Source: Sphyrna mokarran (lineage: Eukaryota). Taken from it: DNA of 64,000 nt. Every line of letters starts with the position of its first letter. Position 1 is the first letter of the stretch. Position numbers and translations under genes: made by a program. The stretch lies in contig JAGIQG010000006.1 of assembly GCA_024679065.1 (NCBI GenBank), positions 78,988,001 through 79,052,000 of the forward strand, written 5' to 3'. Positions 39,001 to 48,660 of this stretch are shown one piece after another. Below the pieces are notes generated by a model. It was not told the DNA's origin. It was given only the letters and a program-made list of their open reading frames with translations, and did not search any database.

Positions 39001-39587
39001 AGGAAGAATGGAGGTTTGAAAATTGAGAATTCAGTTTTTACTTCTAGATAAACCTGTTTATTATTTGATTTTGGGAAAACAGTACAGTTTTACTCGAACA
39101 TTAAACTTAGACCTTAAATGTTAACAATTTACCGGTTTCTAAACAGGAACCCCGAGTTATAACAAGCATACAACTTACTCTCTGTCAAGCCAACGAAGCG
39201 AATGATGTTGGCAGTCTCGGAGGAATTCGGTTCTTGATGTTCGCCGTTGAGTTTCTTAAATTCAGTTAGAGATTTGGGGCTTCTACCGAGTGGTTTTTGG
39301 AAAGTGGATTTTACCATCTGTCGCTCACAACTCTGATCAGCTCCACAATCTGAAATGGACAATACAGAATGTGGTCGGCGGAAATGGACTCTAGTCGATA
39401 TAGTAAATTGATCAGCAGACAAGGGTCACTTACCATTCCCAAAGCCGGCAGCCTGGAAGAGGGAGAACACAAGGAGATACCTGCAAAAAGCAGGAGCAAG
39501 ATCACTAACTCAAATCCAATAACGGTTAAGATTTTATTGTCGTTTGAAAAAGATACAAACTTACCGGGTAACTGGTGAAAATGTCAT
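32980..39587 (-). CDS. tdgf1: EGF-CFC Nodal co-receptor Cripto (tdgf1/oep orthologue), 6 coding exons: join(39587-39565,39480-39434,39349-39179,38604-38490,38406-38294,33092-32980), 193 aa
   Basis: All five introns are GT-AG with compatible phases; the 582-nt CDS is open. Protein: [193 protein letters not shown]. It contains the FVGLT motif, the truncated EGF motif [17 protein letters not shown], a 6-Cys CFC domain and a hydrophobic C-terminus, all diagnostic of EGF-CFC proteins. Confidence 0.96.
33467..33686. mobile_element. Palindromic Penelope-associated element in cripto intron 5
   Basis: Arms about 33490-33588 and 33602-33686 are reverse complements; same family as 61852-61994. Confidence 0.65.
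33900..34730 (+). mobile_element. Decayed L2 LINE 3' region
   Basis: Includes the [11 protein letters not shown] motif (ORF 34306-34590) and the AACCTCTGGAATTCCCACCCTAAA 3' signature. Confidence 0.6.
35550..36680 (+). mobile_element. Tx1/L1-clade LINE ORF2 3' portion, interrupted by a V-SINE at about 36102-36402
   Basis: Remnants [17 protein letters not shown][SINE][22 protein letters not shown]; the sequence resumes cleanly after the SINE. Confidence 0.7.
37087..37925 (-). mobile_element. 5'-truncated Tx1-like LINE inserted in a V-SINE
   Basis: ORFs with [34 protein letters not shown] and WWRSL; SINE head to the left, V-domain resumes at about 37928. Confidence 0.75.
38294..38406 (-). CDS. 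tdgf1: cripto coding exon 5 (CFC domain)
   Basis: Acceptor CTTTGGCAG|, donor GTG|GTAAGT, 113 nt; encodes [37 protein letters not shown]. Confidence 0.96.
38490..38604 (-). CDS. tdgf1: cripto coding exon 4 (EGF-like domain)
   Basis: Acceptor GTCTCCAG|, donor TAA|GTAAGA, 115 nt; encodes [30 protein letters not shown] with the O-fucosylation Thr motif intact. Confidence 0.97.
39179..39349 (-). CDS. tdgf1: cripto coding exon 3 (N-terminal region to FVGLTE)
   Basis: Acceptor CCATTTCAG|, donor AGA|GTAAGT, 171 nt; ends in RFVGLTE, like PFVGLTG of fish oep. Confidence 0.93.
39434..39480 (-). CDS. tdgf1: cripto coding exon 2 (signal peptide core [15 protein letters not shown])
   Basis: Acceptor CTTTTTGCAG|, donor ATG|GTAAGT, 47 nt, hydrophobic. 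Confidence 0.9.
39565..39587 (-). CDS. tdgf1: cripto coding exon 1 (MTFSPVT-R)
   Basis: ATG with an in-frame TAA four codons upstream; donor CCG|GTAAGT; phase 2 matches exon 2. Confidence 0.8.
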
Positions 39588-40616
39588 TATTTCACATTAA
39601 AAACATACAATCACCCAACAGCTTGTTTCAGATTTTGAATGTGGAATTTGGAGGACAATGATCTGCCTCGAGCGCCAGACAGTCGCCAACACAAACCCCA
39701 TCAACAATTATCAGGTCATTCTCACCTCCACCTTCCTACCAGAGCACCTTAAATACAAACTTCTGCATCCAATTAAGAACACAATTCATATTCCACAGCC
39801 TGCTTGAAGGATGAAAGATAAGAACCAATTCACTGATAAGTATGTCTCCTCTCAGCATGACATTCCTTCCTTTCTCATTGCAAAAAAGTATTTCTGCCTT
39901 AAATGCTTTCCATTTTTTTACCGAGAGCTCATACAAATCCCATTTTAAATTGAAACAGAAAGTTGGTGTCTTTTTTGATCATGACATTCTTTTCATTCGT
40001 TTAATAAGAACCAGTATTTCATAGTTTTCTGAATAGATAATAATGTTTGACGTGACGTTTAAACAAGAAATATGCAAATATTTCTTCAGCATGCAAAAGA
40101 TATCAGGGTTTACAACTTGACTGCTTTTCGGGTATTACATATAGTGCAACGCAAATATTGATAGTTCAATTCCATTTACACCATATGCTTTTAACTTCCA
40201 GTTACATAGTTGTCACTTTCCTCAGTCAATTTAATCAAGTCTTGTACTTAGGGAAATGTTATTCGCTAACTATTTATTTTGTCATTGTCTTTCATGTTCT
40301 TAATCCCTTTGCTGGGGATAATTTAATCAGTTATTCGCAAACCTCCACTGATTTAGCCTAATACGTCTGCTGATCTGGGTATATGAGATAATTGTCTTTT
40401 TCAATTGTCACCATTCAATGCTCTTGGGCATTATGTTCAAATTTACCTGTGATAGTGGAAATAAATTAGTGTTGATAAAAATGAATGACCTTTTTCCAGT
40501 ATGTGGCCAACACCAAGGAGGAAACATAATTGCTGTGCTGATTGGCCTTCCATCTTTATTGATTTAATCACAGGCAGACTCTGGATTTATTTTCATCAGT
40601 TTATTTAAAATAAAGA

Positions 40617-40935
40617 GTGGCATGGTGGCACACTGGTTAGCACTGCCGCCTCACCACCATGGACATGGATTCAATTCTTGGCTTCGGTCACTGGCTGTCT
40701 GAAGGTTGCACATTCTCCCTGTGTCTGCATGGGTTTCCTTTGGGTGCTCCCGTTTCCTTCCACAGTCCAAAGATGTGCAAGTTAGGTTGATTGGGCATGC
40801 TATATTGCCCCTTAGTTTCAGGGCAACTAATGGGGTAAATCTGTGAGAGTACAGTGATAGGAGGACCTGGGTGGGATTGTTGTTAGTGTAAGGTCATTGG
40901 GCTGAATGGCCTCTTTCTTCAATGTAGGGAGTCTA
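40617..40935 (+). mobile_element. HE1/V-SINE-type SINE about 1 kb upstream of cripto
   Basis: Complete head, V-domain and tail. Confidence 0.9.
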
Positions 40936-41337
40936 AATTGTTTTGAGAGGGACACAAATAATACAATTCAGATCGTACAAAAGGAAAGAAGCTCAATAAA
41001 TTAAATGTTATTTGCCTTAACCCCTACACATTCCACTCCCCTTTTAATCAAATTTTATTAAGTTTCTCAAATGTTTCTTCAGCAGTAATGGTAAATATTT
41101 TCCTAATTTTTAGTTTTTTTGCCTCTTTAATAATTCTCACTTGCCAGCACTTCCAAAGTGTTCAGGCATTATTTTATAGATTAGCAAACAACAACAAATT
41201 ATATTTAAGTATCTCCTTAAATGTAATGCACAGGTCCCAAGGTACATGCAGAAGGATAACATCATAAAGTATGACACCAAGTCACATAAGCAGAATTTAG
41301 GTTGAATGACCAAAAGTGAGGTTCTCAGTGTCTTAAC

Positions 41338-41862
41338 CATAGAATGCCCACCAGTGCAGAAACAGGCCATTCAGCCCATTGAGTCTGAACTCACTCTCTG
41401 AAAGAGCTTCGCATCCAGGCTCTTGGGTCCACCCTATCCCTGTAACCTAGCACACTTACATGGCCAATACACCTAAGCTACACATCTTAGGCCTCTTTTA
41501 CGATCAAATCAAATAAACAAACTCAAGTTAAATCAGGACAAAGTAAAATGGGCAGCTCCCCAAAAGGAAGGGGAACAGCCCGAACAAAATCAAAGTACAA
41601 AGGAAACTTAAAAACATCAAATTAAAATATGATTATTAGGGTCAAATAATGCACCCCAGACCCTCTGGTGCCTGATGGGTGTGGAAGGCGTCAACTGCAC
41701 CCATGGACACTGCATGCTCCCTCTCTAGGGAGCTGACTGCGAATGTAGCCTCAGTAGAGGGGCAGACAGTCAGGATGGACGGCCCTCTCGATCGCCTGCT
41801 GCTACATCTTTGGACTGTGGAAGGAAACTAGAACACCTGAAGGAAATCCATGTTGACATAGG
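41338..41862 (-). mobile_element. V-SINE split by a Tx1 3'-end insertion (about 41490-41800)
   Basis: The insert is homologous to 37087-37370; ACATCTT is repeated on both sides. Confidence 0.8.
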
Positions 41863-42364
41863 AAGGAAGATAATTCTCAATTATCCGTTGCATTACCCAT
41901 CATATTATGATGCAAATCCTGCACTTGATCTGTTTCCATCCACTTGTTCTGAAACTAATAAAACACTAAATTAAGTCATCAATGCAATGGCTGGCTATTG
42001 AACCCAGGTCAACTGTTGGAAGGCAGTTATGCTCACCGCTGTACCGCCTGGAGGAAGTGAGATGGAAGAAGAACATTCCAGAGGCAACTTAAAGCACAGC
42101 CACCAACAATGCAGCATTTATAATTAGGAATGTGCAAGAGGCCAAAATTAGAGAGATGCAGATACCATGATAGGACTGTGGGACTGGAGATGACTGGAGA
42201 TAAGGAGAGGCAAGGTCATGGAGGGAATTAACTCATAGATTTAGAAGGGACAAATAACAGTAACATTTAAAGGTGTATTTTTTGGGGACCTGAACTCAAC
42301 CTCACTGGAGCCAATGTCATCCAGCCTATGGTGTATCCCACTGAGATGGGAAATCTCCATTCTA

Positions 42365-42612
42365 GGGAATCTCCCATTCCCAATCCTAGCCCCCACTTCC
42401 CACTCCACCAACCCTCAACCCCTACTCCTTACCCTTCACCCCTCCTCCTTACTTCCCTATCTTCTCCCTTCTGCTCTATTTCCCTCTCGCCCATCTCCCC
42501 TCACCAATCTCCCCTTCCCCTCTCCCTTCTCCTCTCGTTCTTTTCTCCTCCCTCCATCTTCTCCTTCTTTCCCAATTCTCACTACAACTAACCTTCCCTT
42601 CAATCTCCACTG
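42365..42612. repeat. C/T-rich low-complexity tract
   Basis: About 250 bp almost devoid of G on the plus strand. Confidence 0.9.
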
Positions 42613-43649
42613 CACACCATTGGACTTACATAGTTACATCATTGGATGTCAGTGAGAGGTAAATTTTTGGGAGGAGAGAGATCAAGCAACTGAGGCAGAG
42701 CGAGTGAGAGGATAGGTTTTGAAGGCTAGTTAGAAGAAGCAAAGGCAGGGGTAAAAGTTTGGAAGGGTGCCCCCAGTGGACATAACTCCTTTCATTCCTG
42801 CCTTTAATACACTCACTTAAAAAGCATTGTGTCCCCTCCCATTAGCCCACCAATGCCAGCTAGATTATATCTTGGTTATATTGTATATGTTAACTGACTT
42901 GTTACCAAACTCAAGTAACATTTAATTATTTATGGAAAAATAACAGACGGTCTGCCAATAATTGTTGTGTGCAAAGTTGGTGGGCTTAGTGCCTGTTATA
43001 TTCCATGTTCCCCTCTCCTTCCCAGTGGGGCAAATCCAGTCTCTAATATTGAACTGGCTTCACGTGATTTGGGGTATTGGATCCCTTCAAAAGTCACAAA
43101 TTCCAAATGAAATAATTATCCTGCCTTGGTAGAACTGGAGTGGCAACTATTCATATACAATCTTAACATATTCAATAGGACAATGCATGGTGCCTGGAAA
43201 CTACTGAATAAAGGCATCTTAGAACTGACCATGGGATTAACATAAACACTATACAGACACAAATGTGTGAATACTAAAGAAAAGTTTTCAGCCTTTAATC
43301 AAAGTACTGATTTAATCTGTTGGCCCACTGCTACTGTTTATATTTAGCATTGAATTGTATATGTGTAAAAACAAATCACACACATTCTAACAATTTAATT
43401 TTTAATCGTTTGAAGGCAGGATTTTCTTCTAGTATCTTGACCAATATTTATAGGAGAAAAAAAGATAATTTAGCCACTTACTAATGTATTTGTTGTGGGA
43501 TCTGAGGTTGCTGACTACAAAGTGACTGAACTTCAAAAGTAATCCAGATTGAAAGATCACAGGATGTGACATGGTGTGAGGAACAGTGTGTCATCTATTT
43601 CTGCTTCAGTGAGGATGTCTGCATTGAAATCTGGCATTAACTGCAGCCA

Positions 43650-43852
43650 TGATGTGGAAATGACGGTGTTGGACTGGGGTAAACACAGTAAGAAGTCTCA
43701 CGACACCAGGTTTATATGATAGTGAACCCACCAAGCTTTTGGGGTTTGTCCCTTCGTTAGGTGAGTGGAGAAGGGGGAAACTCCGAAAGCTTGTGGGTTT
43801 ACTGTCAAATAAACTTATTGACATTTGGTGTTGTGAGACTTCTTACTGTATC
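43650..43852. mobile_element. Palindromic Penelope-like terminal element with 11-bp flanking direct repeat
   Basis: ACAGTAAGAAGTCTCACGACACCA / TGGTGTTGTGAGACTTCTTACTGT inverted arms; AACTGCAGCCA at 43639-43649 and 43853-43863. Confidence 0.8.
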
Positions 43853-44000
43853 AACTGCAGCCACAGCAACAACTTCAATGCAGAGCAGCGACCTGCCATT
43901 AGCTTTGAAGGTAACTTCATGAACTTTCACATGTCATGCATCTTCCAGACAGATGTTTGTACCATCTTCCAGTTTACCATCCACTAGTGCAGAAGACAGA

Positions 44001-44313
44001 AGAATCATAAAATCGCTACAGTGCAGAACAAGGTCATTTGGCTCATAAAGCCTGTACCAACAACAATCCCATCCAGGGTCTATCCCTATAATCCCCATAT
44101 TTATGCTCCTAATCCCCCTGACATTAAGGGACAATTTATCATGGCAAATCAACCTAACCCGCAGATCTTTGGAATATGAGAGGAAACCGGAGCAGCAGAA
44201 GGAAAGCCATGCAGATACAGGGAGAATGTGCAAACTCCACAGTCATTTAAAGCTGGGATTGAATCCAGGTCCCTCGCGCTGTGAGGCAGCATTGCTAACC
44301 ACTGTGCCATCGT
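44001..44313 (-). mobile_element. HE1/V-SINE-type SINE
   Basis: Complete element. Confidence 0.88.
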
Positions 44314-45204
44314 GCACAGTGGTTAAGGGGTAAGGTTATTGAGACTCCAAGCTGAGCTCTTTGAATTCCCTCTCATCAGAGAGAAACAAGTGGAGCAACA
44401 AGTGGGTTTTGTGAGGACTGCAGATTTCCCCATGGTACAGGGTCCATCAACAGCATGCATGTTACTTTGCAGTGCTATGTGTAAACTCAGAGATGTATTG
44501 CAAATGAAAGAGATTCCACACTTCCAACTTTAAGCTGGAATGTGGCCATCTACAGTGAATCATGCTGGACAATGCCTAGTATCCCAGCAGCATTCATGAA
44601 GCGTTCATTTTGTGGCAGCTTGACCACATGCCATGTGTATTTGAGGCAGATGACTATTCAAAAAGTAACTATTGGGTGACAAGGGCTATTCTTTGATTAC
44701 TTGCTCATGACTCCCGTGTGTAACCCATGCATAGGCATGTAACATGCAAGTAATGAAAGTCATGCCATTACATGGAACCTGATAGAGCAAATCATTGAAG
44801 TAAACAACCTGGGGAGCTTTGGATGATCACTATAGTATTCAACAAACCCTGTGTCAAAATCTGTAGTGCTCTGCTCCAAGCTGCATATTCAGCACCAAGG
44901 GCATAGTCTGGTGATATAGCAACCCTTACAGCCTCTTCCTGTGTGGGCTGACCATGATTTTTGCAATGCAAAATTTCCATTCACCAACAAACCCAATGCT
45001 TTGCCTTCTTGTGTCACTGACCTCATAGCACTCACTTCATTCACCACATTGCTAAAAAATAGCCATTAGAAATTGGATATTCCAAACCAAAGATATAAAT
45101 CAAAGCATACCACACTGCATACAATTAAGAATTAATCACATTTTTCTTTTCTTTATGTGCCTGTCTTAAGGATGCCTCTGCTTGTCCTAGTATTCATACT
45201 CATA

Positions 45205-45468
45205 TCATAGAATCATAGAAACCCTACAGTGCAGAAGGAGGCCATTGAGTCTGCACCTACCACAATCCCACCCAGGCACTATTCCTGTAACCCCTCACAT
45301 TTATCCTAATGGCCCTGACACCAGGGTTAATTTAGCACGGCCAATCAACCTAATCTGCACATCTTTCGAGTGTGGGAGGAAACTGGAGTACCTGGAGGAA
45401 ACCCACGCAGACATGAAGAGAACATGTGAACTCGACAGTGACCCTAGACCAGAATTGAACCCAGGATC
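45205..45468 (-). mobile_element. HE1/V-SINE-type SINE
   Basis: ATCATAGAATCATAGAA tail and V-domain. Confidence 0.85.
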
Positions 45469-46742
45469 AATGCCAAAGCCAGTGGCAGAAGCCAATGGCA
45501 GATACTGCAACCGAGACCATTGTAGGTAATGGTAAGTTGGTGCCTTATGCACCTTCTCCACTCATTCCTCACCCTGAAAAGAAGTAGAACACGCAGATGG
45601 AGTCACGGTGGAACAGATGCTTTCCTTCCCATCCCCATCTTCCTGCACCCTTATGGTTTTGTTGTTTCCAGATAATCAACAACTACCCAACCCCTAAAGG
45701 GGCATATGGAAAGAAAACCCTATCAGAATCAAGAGGACACGCTGGAACTTAACTTTACACTCACAGCCATCACTCATTTAAGAACTTTAAGCTGATATAG
45801 CATTGGAATCATCATATGTTGATTCACCTGCAGCCAGGCCACTTGGATCATACAGCTTGTATACATTCTCCCCAGAAGGTAAGGTCACATTACTTTTTCT
45901 TCAGATATTCAGGTGAAAACCTCTTTAGGGTGAACTACAGAAAAACGCCAACAATGATGATCTCCACTGAGCTGCTTGGTGTATTAGCAGGCTTTCAGCT
46001 TGCTTCTATTCACTGGGAAGATTGCAGGAATCAGACTGCAACATGGCACAGAGCTTGGAGACCATTCTTTCCACTGTCGGAATGGCAGCACTGCTGTACT
46101 GACCTGTAGTCACGCTTTCAGCTTCCACTGCAATATAGACCTCCTGATATCTGACTGCAGCAGTAGAAGTTCAGACGAAGATCATGAGATCGCCGGTCAT
46201 GCATCAACAGAGGTCATACAGGAAACAGCCAGATGCAAAGTTTTGGGGTGGGCCTTAGCCAATCCAATTTTGTGAGAGAAAGTGGCAGAAATCTTTATGA
46301 ATTCCATTTCTGACTTTTACAATTAATAGATTTTAATGACTTTTTGCAGTCACAGAACTTTGCTTTAGCCAAATTAATGTTGCCAATTCGTTGTGATTTG
46401 GTAAGTTTCGTTTCATTTTTTTTATTTTGACTTCAGTGAGAAGTAAAATTGGGTGAGGTGTAAAACAGACGACCAATCTGATTTTGTCAGTTTCCCACTG
46501 GCCACATTAGATTAAAATCACTCCCGTTGTAGGTCTAGGTAATTCGAAAAGTGGTTTTGAAAGTTTTTAAACTTTTTTTTAACCAAACAAGTTTTTTATT
46601 CTTCTGGGCACCAACAAGTTAAAGGGTTACATTTCAAAACCTACTTAATTCCCCATCAGATGGTCATAGGCCTGACTACAAATCCCAGCCTGTCTTCAAG
46701 TGCACCTGTGTGGTGGTTGAGTTGTATCAGCACTTGGTCAAA

Positions 46743-46755
46743 CCACTAGAGGGCA
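46743..46755 (+). promoter_or_regulatory. CTCF core motif CCACTAGAGGGCA
   Basis: Matches CCASYAGRKGGCR; lies about 7 kb upstream of the cripto ATG. Confidence 0.5.
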
Positions 46756-47879
46756 AACTACATTATAAATGGGCACTACACCCTCAGGAGCATCCGGCCC
46801 CAATATAATCATTCCAGTTCTCTGTAACCTTGGATAAAAAGCACCTTTTTTTAAAATATAGGATTCAGAATTTTCCTACCTTGTGCTGCACTCATTTTTC
46901 ACCAAAAATAAACCAATGTTTTATGTGTGTAAAACCCTGCAGAAGATAGGCTTGGGTGAGATTACTCTTGTCTGTAAGTCAGGTTGTCAAATCTGACTGT
47001 AGCGCAGCATTGGGCAATCCAGGCTGGTGAGTGAGTCACACGAATGGCCCACCTTCCTCTCAGTGGACCGCAAGACTGAAATTGGGCTTGTTCACTAACC
47101 AAGACCCCATGAATAAGATTAAATACATTTAATACACGCTGGATGTTTCATCAGGAATTATAGAAAATGTTTAATCATTTATATATTAATAGAACTATCA
47201 TCAAGTTCAAATAGTAAAAACAAAAGAAATATTTGTTGCGTGCACACACCTCACCTCACGTACCCTTGTGTTACATGCGTATCATTTCAGTCATTCAGGA
47301 AAAAAACTAGGTGGACTTAAATCAGCAGAATGTGGCAAAGATCAACAAGATATCTGTGGGCTGTGCTCAGAATCCGGATGGGCCATATGTGAGCCCAGTC
47401 CACCGCAGCTGTAGAGACTTCAACACATACTCGAGGCCGACATTCCACTGCAATAAGGGAATTCAGTATTGCTGGAGTTACTGCCAAACTAAATAAATCT
47501 AAAAAATCCCATGGCATTATTTCAAAGAACAAGATTCTTCGAGACAAATATTATTAGCTTTTTCCATAATCCCTTTTAGCCCATTGAAATGTCCTTCTCA
47601 GCTCTCATTTTGCCACGTGCAACTCTTTTCATTTTGGTATCCTAATTTGTGCACCAAACATCCTCCCTCCTTAAAACCAACTTGCTCCCCTTAAAAGAGA
47701 GGTGCACTCAGGCTACAGTAACTACAGGGTAAATAGTGGGGTTATGGGAATAGGGCCTGGGATGGGATTGTGGTCAGTACTGACCTGACTGGCCGAATGG
47801 CCCCCTCTGCACAGTAGGGATTCTAAAATTCTATGGATAAGAATGCAGAGCAGGCCATATAGAAGCTCATGGGCACCAG

Positions 47880-48660
47880 TGTAATCCACAGTAACTGTAG
47901 TAAGTGTCCATGGTTTGAGGACTCCACCTTACAGTTCATGAGTTAGAGGCCAAGCTTTGAACACTGCAATATATTTGGGAGATCCAAATTTATCTGGATA
48001 CTTTGTCCAGCAGTCAGTCATACCCTTTCGATTTGGTGCATGGTCAGCGTGTATTGCGAATGAAGAGGCTATAGGGATCAAGAAGGTACAAGTGGAGGAA
48101 CCTCAGGCCTTTAATTGTCCAATGCATTTGAGTTTCTTGCAGCTTATATGAATAAGAATGGGGGCTGCCAAGGTGGATGAATGAACTGACCATTGCATTG
48201 TCATGGTCAGCGTAGTAAATAGAAATGTAGAGGTAGCCAGAAATGGTATAGTCAGGGGATTGGCACAGTTCTTCACAGCTGAAAGCATGAGTCCAGAAGG
48301 CAGTGTTGATTGCCCAGTGCCAGGATTCAGGACATTTGCTCAAGATTTAAAAGGAAGTTGCGGTGGGGTGGGGAAGGTCCAGTTGTTGTAGTCAACATGA
48401 GTATCGATGGCATAGACAGGACAAGGAAAGAGATTCTGTTTGGAACTAAATTTAATAGCAGAACCACTAAGGTAGTGATCCCCCCATTAACACCTGAGTT
48501 ACACACAAATTGGCATAGTGTTAACAAGGTTAGAGAGTTGAATGCATGGCCTGAAGATTCGGTAAGTGGTAGAAATGGGTTTCAATGCATGGAACACTGC
48601 CACGAGTACTGGGGAAAGTGGGAGTTGTACTGTTAGGATGGTCTTTACCTGAACAGTAAA
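47880..48660 (+). mobile_element. CR1 LINE ORF1 (esterase-like) remnant
   Basis: ORF 48310-48636: PSARIQDI...GEGPVVVVNMSIDGIDR...SRTTKVVI...ELNAW...YWGKWELY. Confidence 0.85.

Noticed and set aside
39311-39505. ORF-track peptide [15 protein letters not shown]... looks like a signal peptide
   Set aside because: It starts at GTG in intron 1's polypyrimidine tract and is out of frame with the spliced cripto CDS
40617-40690. tRNA-like A/B-box sequences at many SINE heads
   Set aside because: They run directly into V-SINE bodies and are not tRNA genes
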